Numbered from the stretch's first letter, positions 50,445 through 61,013 are shown. The stretch is DNA of 64,000 nucleotides from Candidatus Latescibacterota bacterium (GCA_965237675.1 OZ250150.1:4480001-4544000), one strand, 5' to 3'. Program-made: numbers and translations. Notes: generated by a model from the sequence alone, not told the origin.

Positions 50445-51293
50445 TCAGGGCGCGACGGCCGCGTCTCCCGCGTGTTCCCGAATCCAGCCTTTGAGCGGCA
50501 CGTCTTCATCGGTGGGCGACGTGTAACCCAGACCTCCCGTGCTTTCGCCCAGCAACTGCCGCTGAACGGGATCGCATCTGTCCATGTAGTGGTCCACGCT
50601 CATATTGTCCCTGGGCCTGAGCCAGCGGTAACTGTACCCATAGAACAATACCATTCGCGTCACGTCTGAATGGTTTCTACCTGCGGCATGCCAGATGCGG
50701 CGATCGAAAAATACGGCCGCGCCGGCCGGCGCCTGCACCGGCGTTGCGCCGGGAGGGTCTGACACGCCGTCTTCCGGAAAATCCAACCGATTTTGGAGGT
50801 GGCTGCCGGGGACGACGTGAAAATTCCCGCGGTCCGGCTCCGTCGTATCGGTCAGGAAATAACCGACCTTGAGGGAAACCCGCGGCCGGGGTGTGGCGTC
50901 CAGTTCAACATTGAGGCGCCCGCTGTCCTGGTGCCAGCCAAGGCGCCCCGATTCAGCCCGTTTATCCGGCGGGTCCGGGGGTGTGACAATCAGATGGGAA
51001 TGGTATAGCTGGATATTCCACCCGAGAATACCCCACACCTTGGGGAACGTGACCGGCCAATCCAGCAATGTTAAAAACTCATCGTCAGCTCCCAAAAAGT
51101 CCAACAGATTCATCCGGTCGTGAATCCCCAGATCATGCTCGGTAAGATATACTTCGTATAACCCGTCGACGACGTCGCTCAACGCGGAGACCCGTTCGGG
51201 GGGAATCGCGTCTTGAACGATAAAATACCCGTCGCGCTCGAACTTCGATCGTTCTTCACGGGTCACACAATAATCCAGACATTCGGCATCCAT
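50445..51293 (-). CDS. Phytanoyl-CoA dioxygenase family protein (second copy)
   Basis: FERDGY, WHQD, VPGSH and IWHA..RN.S..TR. Confidence 0.9.
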   Translation of the reverse strand: MDAECLDYCVTREERSKFERDGYFIVQDAIPPERVSALSDVVDGLYEVYLTEHDLGIHDRMNLLDFLGADDEFLTLLDWPVTFPKVWGILGWNIQLYHSHLIVTPPDPPDKRAESGRLGWHQDSGRLNVELDATPRPRVSLKVGYFLTDTTEPDRGNFHVVPGSHLQNRLDFPEDGVSDPPGATPVQAPAGAAVFFDRRIWHAAGRNHSDVTRMVLFYGYSYRWLRPRDNMSVDHYMDRCDPVQRQLLGESTGGLGYTSPTDEDVPLKGWIREHAGDAAVAP

Positions 51294-51365
51294 CGGCTTT
51301 CCTCCTGAACGACTCGGGACACCCCGTTACTCGCCAACCCTATTTACTCGAGGCTCCCGCATCCG

Positions 51366-52631
51366 TTATAGCGTCGACCCCAGGCCCACGGCGCCGGGGT
51401 TGTCTATTCGATGCAGCCCATCCGCAGGCTCGAAGATTCCCGCCAGGCGCGGCAGCCACTCCTTGTTGGCGGCGGGGGTGTACTGCGGAGAATTGATCTC
51501 CACGCCATTGATCGTAGGCACATGCGCCGCAAACAGCGCCGCGTGAATTGCCGAGAGCCCGGGATTCGTCAAATCCTGAAGCGCAAGCAGCATCCCGTTT
51601 TCTCGGGCCCACGCGGCGGCCAGCAGCGCGAAGCTGTGGCCCTTGCAGGTTTTCAGAGCCAGCCCGCTCCATCCCTGTCTCTTCGCTTCCGCGACCAACT
51701 CCAGACTGGTCAGACCCTCATCCAGAAACACCGGCTTGAGCCTTGTCACGGCCCGCCAGTCCTGTGGATGCAACAGGATATCCCGGCCGGTCGGCTGTTC
51801 CAGGTACTTCAACGCCCCGAAAGCCCCGCTATCCGCGGCCCTGAGGCGTTCCAGGTAGTCCAGCACGCTCTCCGAGTCCGGATTGGCTTCATTGCTGTCC
51901 GCCGTCAACACCGGATCGGCCACGCCGTGCCGACGCACGGCACGGTACACTTCAACGGTCCTCGCCACATCGGCGGAATTATCCCGCCCCAGAATCTTCA
52001 ATTTGAAACAGCGGTACCCGCGTTCACTTATGTTGCGCGCGAGATTCGCCTCAAGGTCATCGGTACTGCCCACCACCCACCACGCGGCGAGACCCGACCT
52101 GGGCGTTTGCAACAGCCGCTGAATCGCCGTGCACGCGCTACCGCCCGAAAAGAGACCGTCGACGTCCGGAAGCGGCGTGGGTACGGAATAAAGGCCGAAC
52201 GCGGAACGTCTCAGCGCTATGCCGACGCCATCGTGGATGGCCGCGTCGAATGGACTGGCGCACATCGCCCGGGCGAGGATCGGAGGCGTTGTTTCGCGGC
52301 ATGCCGACTCGTGCAGCCGCATCCCCAGAAGCAGCGGATGCGCGGGCTCCCCGCCGCAGTGCACGTACAGTTCTTCGGCGAGGTCCTCACAGAAACCGCG
52401 CAGGGTTGCGTCTCTAAAATCGTGCGTCAGCGCGGGATCCGGCCATGCCCACACGTCGCTTAGATAGATCGAGCCCCTTCCCTTAGCTTCACGCCCGGCC
52501 ACGCGAACCGTCACGGCCGCGCGGGCCTCCGTAACCTCCGAAATCAACCCGGAACTCAAGTGGAGCGGCGTTTTCAGCTTGCGGGGAATAAACGCAACAG
52601 CCGCGTCCAGGACTTCGGTTTTCAAATCCAT
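51366..52631 (-). CDS. Enolase-superfamily (mandelate racemase/muconate lactonizing enzyme-like) protein
   Basis: FKLK, ADSNE, YLEQP, LDE and ALKTCKG. Confidence 0.8.
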   Translation of the reverse strand: MDLKTEVLDAAVAFIPRKLKTPLHLSSGLISEVTEARAAVTVRVAGREAKGRGSIYLSDVWAWPDPALTHDFRDATLRGFCEDLAEELYVHCGGEPAHPLLLGMRLHESACRETTPPILARAMCASPFDAAIHDGVGIALRRSAFGLYSVPTPLPDVDGLFSGGSACTAIQRLLQTPRSGLAAWWVVGSTDDLEANLARNISERGYRCFKLKILGRDNSADVARTVEVYRAVRRHGVADPVLTADSNEANPDSESVLDYLERLRAADSGAFGALKYLEQPTGRDILLHPQDWRAVTRLKPVFLDEGLTSLELVAEAKRQGWSGLALKTCKGHSFALLAAAWARENGMLLALQDLTNPGLSAIHAALFAAHVPTINGVEINSPQYTPAANKEWLPRLAGIFEPADGLHRIDNPGAVGLGSTL

Positions 52632-52662
52632 AGGGAACCGGGGCGTTCGCAGGCGTGGAATC

Positions 52663-53655
52663 TCATTCGAATTCCGAGACCAGCACGGCTTCATTCCGCT
52701 CCGCGCTCTGCTTGGCCGCCTCGATTACGGCCATCGTATGGCGCACGGACCGGCCGCTTGCATCCGGTGTTTTGCTTTCCAGGCAGCAATCTGCAAACTC
52801 GCGAATCTGATTGCGCATCCCGTCGCCCGGACTTCCGATCTCCACCTCCTGGCCGTTGAGCAACAACCGTTGATGGTTGAACATCATGGATCCACGGCTG
52901 CCCATAATATACTGGTCGTGCATCCCGGAATGGCAGACTACGGACTGAGACAACACACTGACCGCGCCGTTGGCATGGTTCATGACTGCCGTATAGGAAT
53001 CCTTCTGTCCGCTGTAGAGTTCCGTACTCTCGGTTCCCTGCGCAAACACCCTTACAACCGGCGAATCCATATACCAGTGCAGGATATCGTATTCGTGCGG
53101 ACCGAAGCAATACAACACACAGATGCCCCCGACCTCGAGATCCAGGTACCAGTGGGAATAGTGCCCCTCGGGGGCCTTGGGATTGAAAAATCCCAACCTC
53201 CGCCTGAGCAGGTGACCCACCTGGCCGATCACGCCATCGGCAATGAGCTGTTTTACCCTGCGGCTCATCGGATAGTAGCGCATCACCTGGCCGACCATTA
53301 GGACGCGATTCGCCTTTTCACACGCCGCGATCATCCGGTCGCACTCGTCGAGCGTCAGCGCCATCGGCTTCTCCACCAGGACGTGTTTACCGGCTTCCGC
53401 GGCTGCCACCACCTGTGCCCCGTGCTGGTTGTGGGGCGTGCACACATGGACCGCCTCAACCTGCGGGTCGTTCAGCATCGCCTCGAAGTCGGTATACGCC
53501 CTGGCGCCGAAATCCGACGCGGCCGCTTCTGCCGGCTCCGCGTATATGTCCATCACAGCCGCCGTTCTTATATTCTCGGTTTCCGCTATCGCGCGCATGT
53601 GAGACCGCGCGATACCGCCGGCGCCGACCATACCTACGGATAACACATCGCCCAT
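52663..53655 (-). CDS. Gfo/Idh/MocA-family oxidoreductase
   Basis: VGAGGIA, CTP...H and GKHVLVEKPMA. Confidence 0.92.
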   Translation of the reverse strand: MGDVLSVGMVGAGGIARSHMRAIAETENIRTAAVMDIYAEPAEAAASDFGARAYTDFEAMLNDPQVEAVHVCTPHNQHGAQVVAAAEAGKHVLVEKPMALTLDECDRMIAACEKANRVLMVGQVMRYYPMSRRVKQLIADGVIGQVGHLLRRRLGFFNPKAPEGHYSHWYLDLEVGGICVLYCFGPHEYDILHWYMDSPVVRVFAQGTESTELYSGQKDSYTAVMNHANGAVSVLSQSVVCHSGMHDQYIMGSRGSMMFNHQRLLLNGQEVEIGSPGDGMRNQIREFADCCLESKTPDASGRSVRHTMAVIEAAKQSAERNEAVLVSEFE

Positions 53656-53810
53656 ATTATTCCTCCCCAAGAGCCGGAATAGGGTTCTGCAGTCCTAAGA
53701 CCCGACGAAGAACCGGGAATTTCCCGGTGGGACCCGCGCACGGCCGTCGAATAGTCATTGAGAAACCGGGGTCCGGCGCGGCGGGCCGACGGTGGAGCCG
53801 GAACCGCCCT

Positions 53811-54668
53811 TCAGAGGATCATCTTCTTCTCGGCCGGTTCCAGGTTATCGTAATTCCAGAGTTGCCTGCCCGCAACGACTTTCTTCAGGTTCCCGACACC
53901 TTCGGGGGCCTCGAGACCGTACAGTTCCAACTTGCGATCCAGCCAGGCGACCTCGAGGTCCGTCAATTCCGCACGCACGGCGTCCACACCCAGCGACGCG
54001 ATCCGCCCACCCACGTAGATCGTTCCGTCGTACATCGAATCTCCGAGATTCTCGTCCGCATCTCCCAGAACGATCATCCGCCCGCGCTGCATCATGAATC
54101 CGGATAGCATCCCGGTTCGCCCCGCCACCAGGATCGTCCCGCCCTTCATATTGATGCCGGTCCGCCCTCCGACGTCTCCTTTGCACACGAGGTCGCCACC
54201 CCGCAGCGCGGCGCCAAACGACGACCCGGCGTTCTTCTCCACAACCACGGTGCCCGCCATCATATTTTCCGCGCACGACCAGCCCACACGCCCTTTGATC
54301 CTCACGTTCGGCCCGTCGATAAGCCCTACCGCAAAATAGCCGATCGACCCTTCGAAGTCCAACCTCAACCGATTCAGAATGCCGGCGCCAAGGGAGTGTT
54401 TGGCGTTCGGATTCCGTACCACGATGTGGCCGTAACCCTCTCCCATCAACGCCCGGATCTTTCGGTTTATCTCCTGAATCGACATCGGCGCCGAGTCGAA
54501 TGCGGCCTGCCTGCCGACATCCACACAATAACTCCCCGGGTACACCAGGCCCTCCCCGGCTTCGGCCCGAAAAAAAACCCGATTCGTCCGCTGTGCGAGC
54601 GGCTCATTGTGCAATCCCATCCGGTGGGACCGGTGGCCCTTATCTCGATCAGCCTCTAATTTCGCCAT
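53811..54668 (-). CDS. GltB/FmdC/FwdC GXGXG protein (N-methylglutamate synthase subunit B-like)
   Basis: NPNAKHSLGAG, AENMMAG, GINMKGG and LGDSMYDG. Confidence 0.85.
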   Translation of the reverse strand: MAKLEADRDKGHRSHRMGLHNEPLAQRTNRVFFRAEAGEGLVYPGSYCVDVGRQAAFDSAPMSIQEINRKIRALMGEGYGHIVVRNPNAKHSLGAGILNRLRLDFEGSIGYFAVGLIDGPNVRIKGRVGWSCAENMMAGTVVVEKNAGSSFGAALRGGDLVCKGDVGGRTGINMKGGTILVAGRTGMLSGFMMQRGRMIVLGDADENLGDSMYDGTIYVGGRIASLGVDAVRAELTDLEVAWLDRKLELYGLEAPEGVGNLKKVVAGRQLWNYDNLEPAEKKMIL

Positions 54669-55591
54669 ACCCGCACTTCTCCCGCATAGGGATCCACGGT
54701 CTCGATTTCCTGGGGCAATACCGTCCGGATCGCCACTTCCTCAGAGGCAAGCAGGGTCTCGTCTTCGCCCTCGTAGAGCACCATGGGCTTGGCCGCCATA
54801 TTGTCCTTTGCCAGGCCGAGGCTGTCCGCCGTCGCGACCAGATAGGTAAATACGCCATCCAGTTCCCGTACGGAACGCACCATCGCTTCTTCCAGCGAAA
54901 AGGATCGATCCAGGCTGGCCGCAATATAGACCGCGATCAGTTCCGAATCACAATCCGAAACAAAGCGATGGCCGCGGCGCTCCAGGTCGCGACGCTTGGA
55001 CCAGTAATTGGTCAACTGCCCGTTATGCACCACGGAGATATCGCCAAACGGATACGCCCAGTAAGGGTGCGCGGAACGAATGTCCACGTCGGACTCGGTG
55101 GCCATGCGAACGTGCCCGATCGCGTGGGTGCCCACAAACGAACCCATGCCGTACTGCGCGCTCACCTCGATAGCATCGCCCAAATCCTTCACGAGTTCCA
55201 GCGCGCTCCCGATGGACAGGATTTCGACGCCCTCGACGTCTTCAATGAAATCCGCGAAGCGGCGCAGATCGCCGTCGTATCTGACACGATAGAGAAACGC
55301 GTACTCCGTCGGCTGTTCCGCTGCCAGGATTTCACCACCCAGCGACCCGATCCGCGCGTCCACCTCCGCCCTGCGCTGCGCGATCTGATCCTGGATTTCA
55401 AACCCGGACCCCAGGTCCTCCTTCTCGGCCGCATTGAAACGCATCGCCAGAACGCCGTCGGCCGGCGCGCCGTATAACGCGAAACCCGTGGAATCCGGAC
55501 CCCGGTGCTTCATCGCCTGAAGCATCATCGTCATCTCGTTCCCGATCCGACCCGTCTTGTTTCGGTGGATAATCCCCGCGATACCGCACAT
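54656..55591 (-). CDS. Class II glutamine amidotransferase (N-methylglutamate synthase subunit A-like)
   Basis: N-terminal MCGIAG, HRGPDS, GHVRMATES, VHNGQ and DSE. Confidence 0.88.
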   Translation of the reverse strand: MCGIAGIIHRNKTGRIGNEMTMMLQAMKHRGPDSTGFALYGAPADGVLAMRFNAAEKEDLGSGFEIQDQIAQRRAEVDARIGSLGGEILAAEQPTEYAFLYRVRYDGDLRRFADFIEDVEGVEILSIGSALELVKDLGDAIEVSAQYGMGSFVGTHAIGHVRMATESDVDIRSAHPYWAYPFGDISVVHNGQLTNYWSKRRDLERRGHRFVSDCDSELIAVYIAASLDRSFSLEEAMVRSVRELDGVFTYLVATADSLGLAKDNMAAKPMVLYEGEDETLLASEEVAIRTVLPQEIETVDPYAGEVRVWRN

Positions 55592-55610
55592 ACGCGCCTC
55601 GCTCCTATCA

Positions 55611-57092
55611 CTATGGCAGACAATCCCAGTAGGTCTCCAGATCCCAGTCCGTCACCGTTGCCAGAAACCGCTCCCACTCGTCCGTCTTGTAATGCGCGTA
55701 AACGTCGTACATCTCGCCCGGAAGCGAAGACCGGATCACCGCGTCGTGCTCCAGCTTTTCCAGGGCATCCCCCAGCGTGGCAGGCAGCCTGGCCACCTCT
55801 TTTCCCTCTTCAATCGCCTCGTAAATGTTGCGATGCTCCGGCTCGCCGGGATCCAGATCGCGCCGAATTCCGTCGTCGAACGACTTCAACAGCGCGCCCG
55901 CCATCAGATAAGGATTCACCATCGCGTCGACAGCCCGATATTCGAACCGGCCCGGGCCGGACACCCGCAACCCGCAGGTGCGGTTCTGATAACCCCAGTC
56001 GGAAAAAACCGGTGCCCAGAACCCCGTCTCCCACAATCGCCGGTAGGAATTCACCGTGGAGCACCCGATGGCGGTCAGCGCGGGCAGATGTTCGATCACC
56101 CCGCCGATGCACTGCAGACCGGTCGGGCCGGGCTCCCGTCTGCCCGGCAGCGGCTCAAACATATTCCGGCCGCCCTCACGGTAGGAGAACACCTGATTCA
56201 TTCCAGGCAGTGTGTCGTTTCCAAGTGGATTCAACACGTCCTCGCCCCCCCGCCACAGCGAAAGATTGTGGTGGCAACCGGAAGCCGATACGCCCATAAA
56301 CGGCTTGCACATGAAACAGGCGATCAGATCCTGCTCCCTTGCCACCTGAGCGCAAATCTGCCGGTATGTCGTCAGCCGGTCGCAGGTGGCAAGCGCGTCG
56401 TCAAATGTAAAGTTCAACTCCAACTGCCCCGGCGCATCCTCGTGGTCCCCCTGAATCATATCCAGCCCCATTGACCGGCCGTATTCGATGACTTTCATCA
56501 CCACGGGGCGCAGGGACTCGAACTGATCGATATGATAACAGTAGGGTTTGCTGAAGCCGTCCGCGGGTTTTCCATCCGGCCCCTTCTTCAGCCACATCAT
56601 CTCCGGCTCGGCGCCGTGGCGCATGTGCAGACCGTCGTGGTCCTGCGTAAACTGCGCGTGGATGCGGCGCAGATTGCCCCGGCAGTCCGACGTCAGGAAT
56701 CCGCCGGGATCTTTCTCTTCGTCTCTGTTCCGAAACAGCGTGCAGAACACCCGTGCCAGCCGTTTGTCCCACGGCAATTGCACGAACGTCTCGGGGTCGG
56801 GAATTCCCACCAGTTCCGACGCCTCCGGGCCGTATCCGATATAGTTGTCGTACCGGTCCATGAACAGGTTGGCCGTTGCCCCGTACACCAGTTGAAACCC
56901 CCGCTCGGCGATGCGTTCCCAGTGGTCCGCCGGAATCCCCTTGCCCACAACCCGGCCCGTCACCGATATGAACTGGTAGTAGATATAGGTAATTCCGAGC
57001 GCGTCGATCATTTCACGCACCTCCCGAACGCGCTCTTCGCGACCCTCCGCGTGGACAAACGCCTCCAGATCCGTTGCGGCATGATTCGACAT
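55611..57092 (-). CDS. Glutamine synthetase-like protein (gamma-glutamylmethylamide synthetase-like)
   Basis: EPE, DHEDAPGQLE, FMCKPF...SASGCHHN, NSYRRL, NRT and EYR; SD before ATG at 57092. Confidence 0.85.
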   Translation of the reverse strand: MSNHAATDLEAFVHAEGREERVREVREMIDALGITYIYYQFISVTGRVVGKGIPADHWERIAERGFQLVYGATANLFMDRYDNYIGYGPEASELVGIPDPETFVQLPWDKRLARVFCTLFRNRDEEKDPGGFLTSDCRGNLRRIHAQFTQDHDGLHMRHGAEPEMMWLKKGPDGKPADGFSKPYCYHIDQFESLRPVVMKVIEYGRSMGLDMIQGDHEDAPGQLELNFTFDDALATCDRLTTYRQICAQVAREQDLIACFMCKPFMGVSASGCHHNLSLWRGGEDVLNPLGNDTLPGMNQVFSYREGGRNMFEPLPGRREPGPTGLQCIGGVIEHLPALTAIGCSTVNSYRRLWETGFWAPVFSDWGYQNRTCGLRVSGPGRFEYRAVDAMVNPYLMAGALLKSFDDGIRRDLDPGEPEHRNIYEAIEEGKEVARLPATLGDALEKLEHDAVIRSSLPGEMYDVYAHYKTDEWERFLATVTDWDLETYWDCLP

Positions 57093-57108
57093 TGACGACC
57101 CTTTCTCT

Positions 57109-57816
57109 CTAAAAATGCGTTGTCTGTCCGCCGATACCTGGAGACTCCAGGACCCGGATGGCGCCCAGGCCGATCGGCGCGATCTGCAAACCGGTTCCGG
57201 CCTCGATGAGAATGTCCCACAGATACGATGCCAGAGACCGCGCTCCGAGAATCGAATAGGCCGGCAAATCAACAGCATCCCGTCGAATCACGAGTTGCGT
57301 CGTCCTGGCGACGCTGGTCTGCTTCCCCGCGCCGTCCGGAAACGCGCCGCCCGTGAAATCCAGCCCGCACACCCTGCTCATCAGCGTGACGGCGGCGGGT
57401 CCCAGAACCCGGATCTCTGCCCACGCATGGGTCATATTCGTCACCGTCACGAACCGACCGGACGCCCGGCCGATCAGTGTCCTGCGAACCGAGATATCCT
57501 TGCCCGGGGGAGTGCTTACGAAAAAACAGTCGCTCCGCAGCCGATACACGCGTTGCGAGTCGACTACCACCCCACCTCCGATATCCACAGTCGCCGGTCC
57601 CCAAATCGCCGCCGCATCCCGGCCCTCCACCCAGAGCTTGCCGTTTGCCGTCTCATCGGCCAGAGCGACGCCCCGTTCCGCGGCGGATGTCTCCGCTTCC
57701 ATCGTCGAATAGACCTCGGGAATCTGCCATCCGGAAGATCTCGCAAACCGGGCCCCAAGATCCTGCGCCGTGGCGTGAAGAGGCGACAATTTCACTGGCG
57801 CGGCCATCACGCTCAC
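57109..57816 (-). CDS. soxG: Heterotetrameric sarcosine oxidase/NMG dehydrogenase gamma subunit
   Basis: GcvT-like fragment; GP.A..L....CGLD and RSLASYLW..L..AG. Confidence 0.8.
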   Translation of the reverse strand: MSVMAAPVKLSPLHATAQDLGARFARSSGWQIPEVYSTMEAETSAAERGVALADETANGKLWVEGRDAAAIWGPATVDIGGGVVVDSQRVYRLRSDCFFVSTPPGKDISVRRTLIGRASGRFVTVTNMTHAWAEIRVLGPAAVTLMSRVCGLDFTGGAFPDGAGKQTSVARTTQLVIRRDAVDLPAYSILGARSLASYLWDILIEAGTGLQIAPIGLGAIRVLESPGIGGQTTHF

Positions 57817-60800
57817 ATCTGCAACCTTTCCCCTTTCGGGTCGTAAAAGGGCCCGTGGTGAACGTAAGCGTCTTCAAGTTCGCCATCTCTGCGAATCTGA
57901 AACGGCGTTCCCGCTTCCGCCGCCAGGCACGCGGACAGCCAACACAACCCGATCGTCTCCTCGAGCACCGGACTGAATCGGCAGGATGTCAACCAGCCGA
58001 TGATCTCCTGCTTACCCTTCGCATCGGGACGCACCGCCTGCAGCCCCTCCTCCGGCACCACGTCCCGTCGTGCCATCTTGAACCCGACCAGCCGCTGTTC
58101 GGTCTCCCGATCCGATATCCTGGTCAACATCGGCTTGCCCAGGAAATCCCGCTTGTTGAACTTCACCGCCCACGCCATATTCGCGGAGATGGGGTTCGTC
58201 AACGCGTCGGTGTCTTGCCCCACGATGATGTGCGCCTTCTCCAGCCGGAGCACACGCTGGGCCTCCACGCCGAAGGGCGCGATGCCGAATTCCTCCCCCG
58301 CCGCCATCAATGCCTGCCAGACGTGCATGCCGTATGACGCCGGGCAGTGAATCTCGTAAGAGAGCTCTCCGGTGAATCCGATGCGCAACACCCGGCACAG
58401 CGCACCGGCAACGCGGGTCGACCGCACCCGCATGTAGGGGAATTTCCCGTGACTCAGATCTCGATCCGTGAGGTTCTGCAACACGTCTCTCGACCTGGGC
58501 CCGGCCAGGTTGAACGCCGCGTATGCTTCGGTCAGGTTGGCGACATGCACGCCGTCCCCCCAACCCGACTGCGCCCACCACTGAATCCATTCGAAAACCG
58601 AAGCCGCTCCCGTGGAGGTGGTGCACATATACCATTCGTTTTCCTGTATTCGGGCACACACCCCATCGTCCATCACAACCCCTTCATCGTTGCACATCAC
58701 GCCATAGCGGACGCGGCCGACGCCCAGCTTCCGCCACTGGTTGACGTACAGTTTTTCGAGCAAGTCGGGCACCCCGGGCCCCGTCAACTGAATCTTGCCC
58801 AGCGTGCTCACATCCATGAGCCCCACCCGTTCGCGCACCGCCTTCACTTCAGCGGCGGCATCTCCATAGTCTTCGGGACGCAACCAGAGCCCCGCAACCA
58901 TCAACTTAGCACCGTGGTTCAGGTGCCACTGGTGCGCGGGAGACACCTGAACGGGCTCCATGTTCTGACCCGCCAACGCGCCCAGCGTTACGGGCACGAC
59001 AGGCGGCCTTGACGTCGTTTTGCCCGTTTCCTGCACGCGAATTCCGTTCGCCCTGGCACATAGATGCACCGTGTTCATGGAGCACATCCTGCCCTGGCAC
59101 GGGCCCATGGAAATGGTGCTGTAACGCTTCAGCAGTTCGAGACTATCGTACCCTTCGACGATTGCGGTCTGCAAATCCACGTCGGTGACGTCTTCGCAAT
59201 AACACAGAAACCGCTTTTTCTTTCCCGGAACCATCGTTCGAGCCGAGGTTCGCACCGGCTCCTCCGCCTTCTCCGACGCCAGAGCGGAAACAACGGACTC
59301 GCCGGGTACATCCCCGAAGCCCGAGGAAGCCGCTGCGCTTCGTCCCACCATCTGCCCCTCGTTCAGGGCGCATGCGGCCGTATGGGCGCCCGCGGCACGG
59401 CCCGCCACGAACATTCCCTCCGGCGCGCCCGCTGCCTGGGGTTCAGACCGGCGTTCGTCGTATATCGATCCGCCGCCCGCCATATGGAACAGCGCCAGAT
59501 CGGGCGTCCAGCCCACGCTCACGACAATCAGGTCGCAATCGAGGTTTCGCGCCGCGGATCGATCCGCCTCTCCCAGCGGATCGATCCGGGCGACCATGGC
59601 GGCCTGTACCCGCTTTGACCCGACAGCTTCCAGAATCGTGTGTCGGAAAAATGCGGGCACGCCATGGGAGATCAACTCACCAGCGACTGGACTCGGGCAT
59701 GAATGCCGCTCATCCACAACTGCAGCGATGTCAATGTCAGCTTCGGCCAGGTCTGCGGCCACGTCCCATCCGTCGTCATTCGCCGTTACTACCAGCGCCC
59801 TTTCGCCCGGCTTAACCCCGTACAAATGAATCAGCCGCTGCGCCGCGCTGCCCAGCATCACCCCAGGCAGGTCGTTGTGGTCGAACAACAGCGGGTTTTC
59901 GATTACGCCGGCTGCAATGACCACGGATTTCGCCCGTATTTTGAACAGACGCGAACCCGCCACCGCGGCCAGCCAGTTATCCTGGTACCAGCCCACAACA
60001 GCTGTATTCGTATGGACCGCGATATCCGAACGGCGCGCTACCGAAGCCCGCAACGTCTGAAGTAATCCGGCATGGGAAGGCGAGAAGCGCAGTCGTCCAC
60101 CCAGAGACGGTTCGACGTCGAAGAGCGCGACGCGCGCGCCCTGTTCCGCCGCGGCAACGGCCGCGCCCATCCCCGATGGCCCACCGCCCACCACCGCCAC
60201 GTCGACATGCAGATATTCTTTGTCGTACGAGTCCGGACGCGACGTGAGATCCACTTTACCCAGGCCGGCCGCACGGCGCAGCACGTGTTCGTAAGATGGC
60301 CACAGCGCGGTGGGTCGGATGAACGTCTTATAATAAAAACCGACCGGCATCAACGGCGCGGCCAGTTGGGTAAGTGAAAGAAAATCCCGGTCCAGCGAAG
60401 GCCGGGCGTTCTGCGACCGCACGGCCATACCCGCCTCCACGCGGCGCGTGCAGGACCGGACGTTGGGCTCGTCTCCGATCTGAACCAGGCAGTTCGGACA
60501 TTGACCGGCGCAGCACAACAGACCGCGAGGCCGGTGATACTTGAACGACCGGCTGTAGACCTGGACGCCGGCGGCCGCCAATGCCGACGCGATCGTATCA
60601 CCCGCGTATCCCGCGAAAGCCCGACCGTCGAAGGTAAACGCAACCCGGGCGCCGCGATCGATCACCTCGCCACTTTGCGGCGGGAGCCTGTTCGGACCCG
60701 TAAGGGGGACGGTCCGAGAAATCGATTCAGTCGTCATTGGCGTCCTCCCGCCCGTGTCTGCCTGCCAGACGTACGACTTCACCACCTGCTGCGTTTTGGT

Positions 60801-61013
60801 ATGCCGCTCCACAAGAAACCATAGACCGCACCCCGCCTGGTGATACCACCACGCCTTCTCCACGCCAAGCCTGTTCTCACACAGATAGAGATACGATGAC
60901 CACATGGCGTCGTCGCAGGCCTCCGGATCCTGTGGCCGGGGATTGTATTCACCCCCGAAACGAAATTCGCTCACGTTTCGCTCGCCACAATTCGGACAGG
61001 GTAGAATCAACAT
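57813..61013 (-). CDS. soxA: Sarcosine oxidase/NMG dehydrogenase delta+alpha subunits in one reading frame
   Basis: N-terminal CPNCG...WYHQAGCG (delta). Alpha part starts at ATG 60737: SRSFKYHRPRG, VGGGPSG, CEDVT, GPCQG and a GcvT-like C-terminus. Confidence 0.88.
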   Translation of the reverse strand: MLILPCPNCGERNVSEFRFGGEYNPRPQDPEACDDAMWSSYLYLCENRLGVEKAWWYHQAGCGLWFLVERHTKTQQVVKSYVWQADTGGRTPMTTESISRTVPLTGPNRLPPQSGEVIDRGARVAFTFDGRAFAGYAGDTIASALAAAGVQVYSRSFKYHRPRGLLCCAGQCPNCLVQIGDEPNVRSCTRRVEAGMAVRSQNARPSLDRDFLSLTQLAAPLMPVGFYYKTFIRPTALWPSYEHVLRRAAGLGKVDLTSRPDSYDKEYLHVDVAVVGGGPSGMGAAVAAAEQGARVALFDVEPSLGGRLRFSPSHAGLLQTLRASVARRSDIAVHTNTAVVGWYQDNWLAAVAGSRLFKIRAKSVVIAAGVIENPLLFDHNDLPGVMLGSAAQRLIHLYGVKPGERALVVTANDDGWDVAADLAEADIDIAAVVDERHSCPSPVAGELISHGVPAFFRHTILEAVGSKRVQAAMVARIDPLGEADRSAARNLDCDLIVVSVGWTPDLALFHMAGGGSIYDERRSEPQAAGAPEGMFVAGRAAGAHTAACALNEGQMVGRSAAASSGFGDVPGESVVSALASEKAEEPVRTSARTMVPGKKKRFLCYCEDVTDVDLQTAIVEGYDSLELLKRYSTISMGPCQGRMCSMNTVHLCARANGIRVQETGKTTSRPPVVPVTLGALAGQNMEPVQVSPAHQWHLNHGAKLMVAGLWLRPEDYGDAAAEVKAVRERVGLMDVSTLGKIQLTGPGVPDLLEKLYVNQWRKLGVGRVRYGVMCNDEGVVMDDGVCARIQENEWYMCTTSTGAASVFEWIQWWAQSGWGDGVHVANLTEAYAAFNLAGPRSRDVLQNLTDRDLSHGKFPYMRVRSTRVAGALCRVLRIGFTGELSYEIHCPASYGMHVWQALMAAGEEFGIAPFGVEAQRVLRLEKAHIIVGQDTDALTNPISANMAWAVKFNKRDFLGKPMLTRISDRETEQRLVGFKMARRDVVPEEGLQAVRPDAKGKQEIIGWLTSCRFSPVLEETIGLCWLSACLAAEAGTPFQIRRDGELEDAYVHHGPFYDPKGERLQM

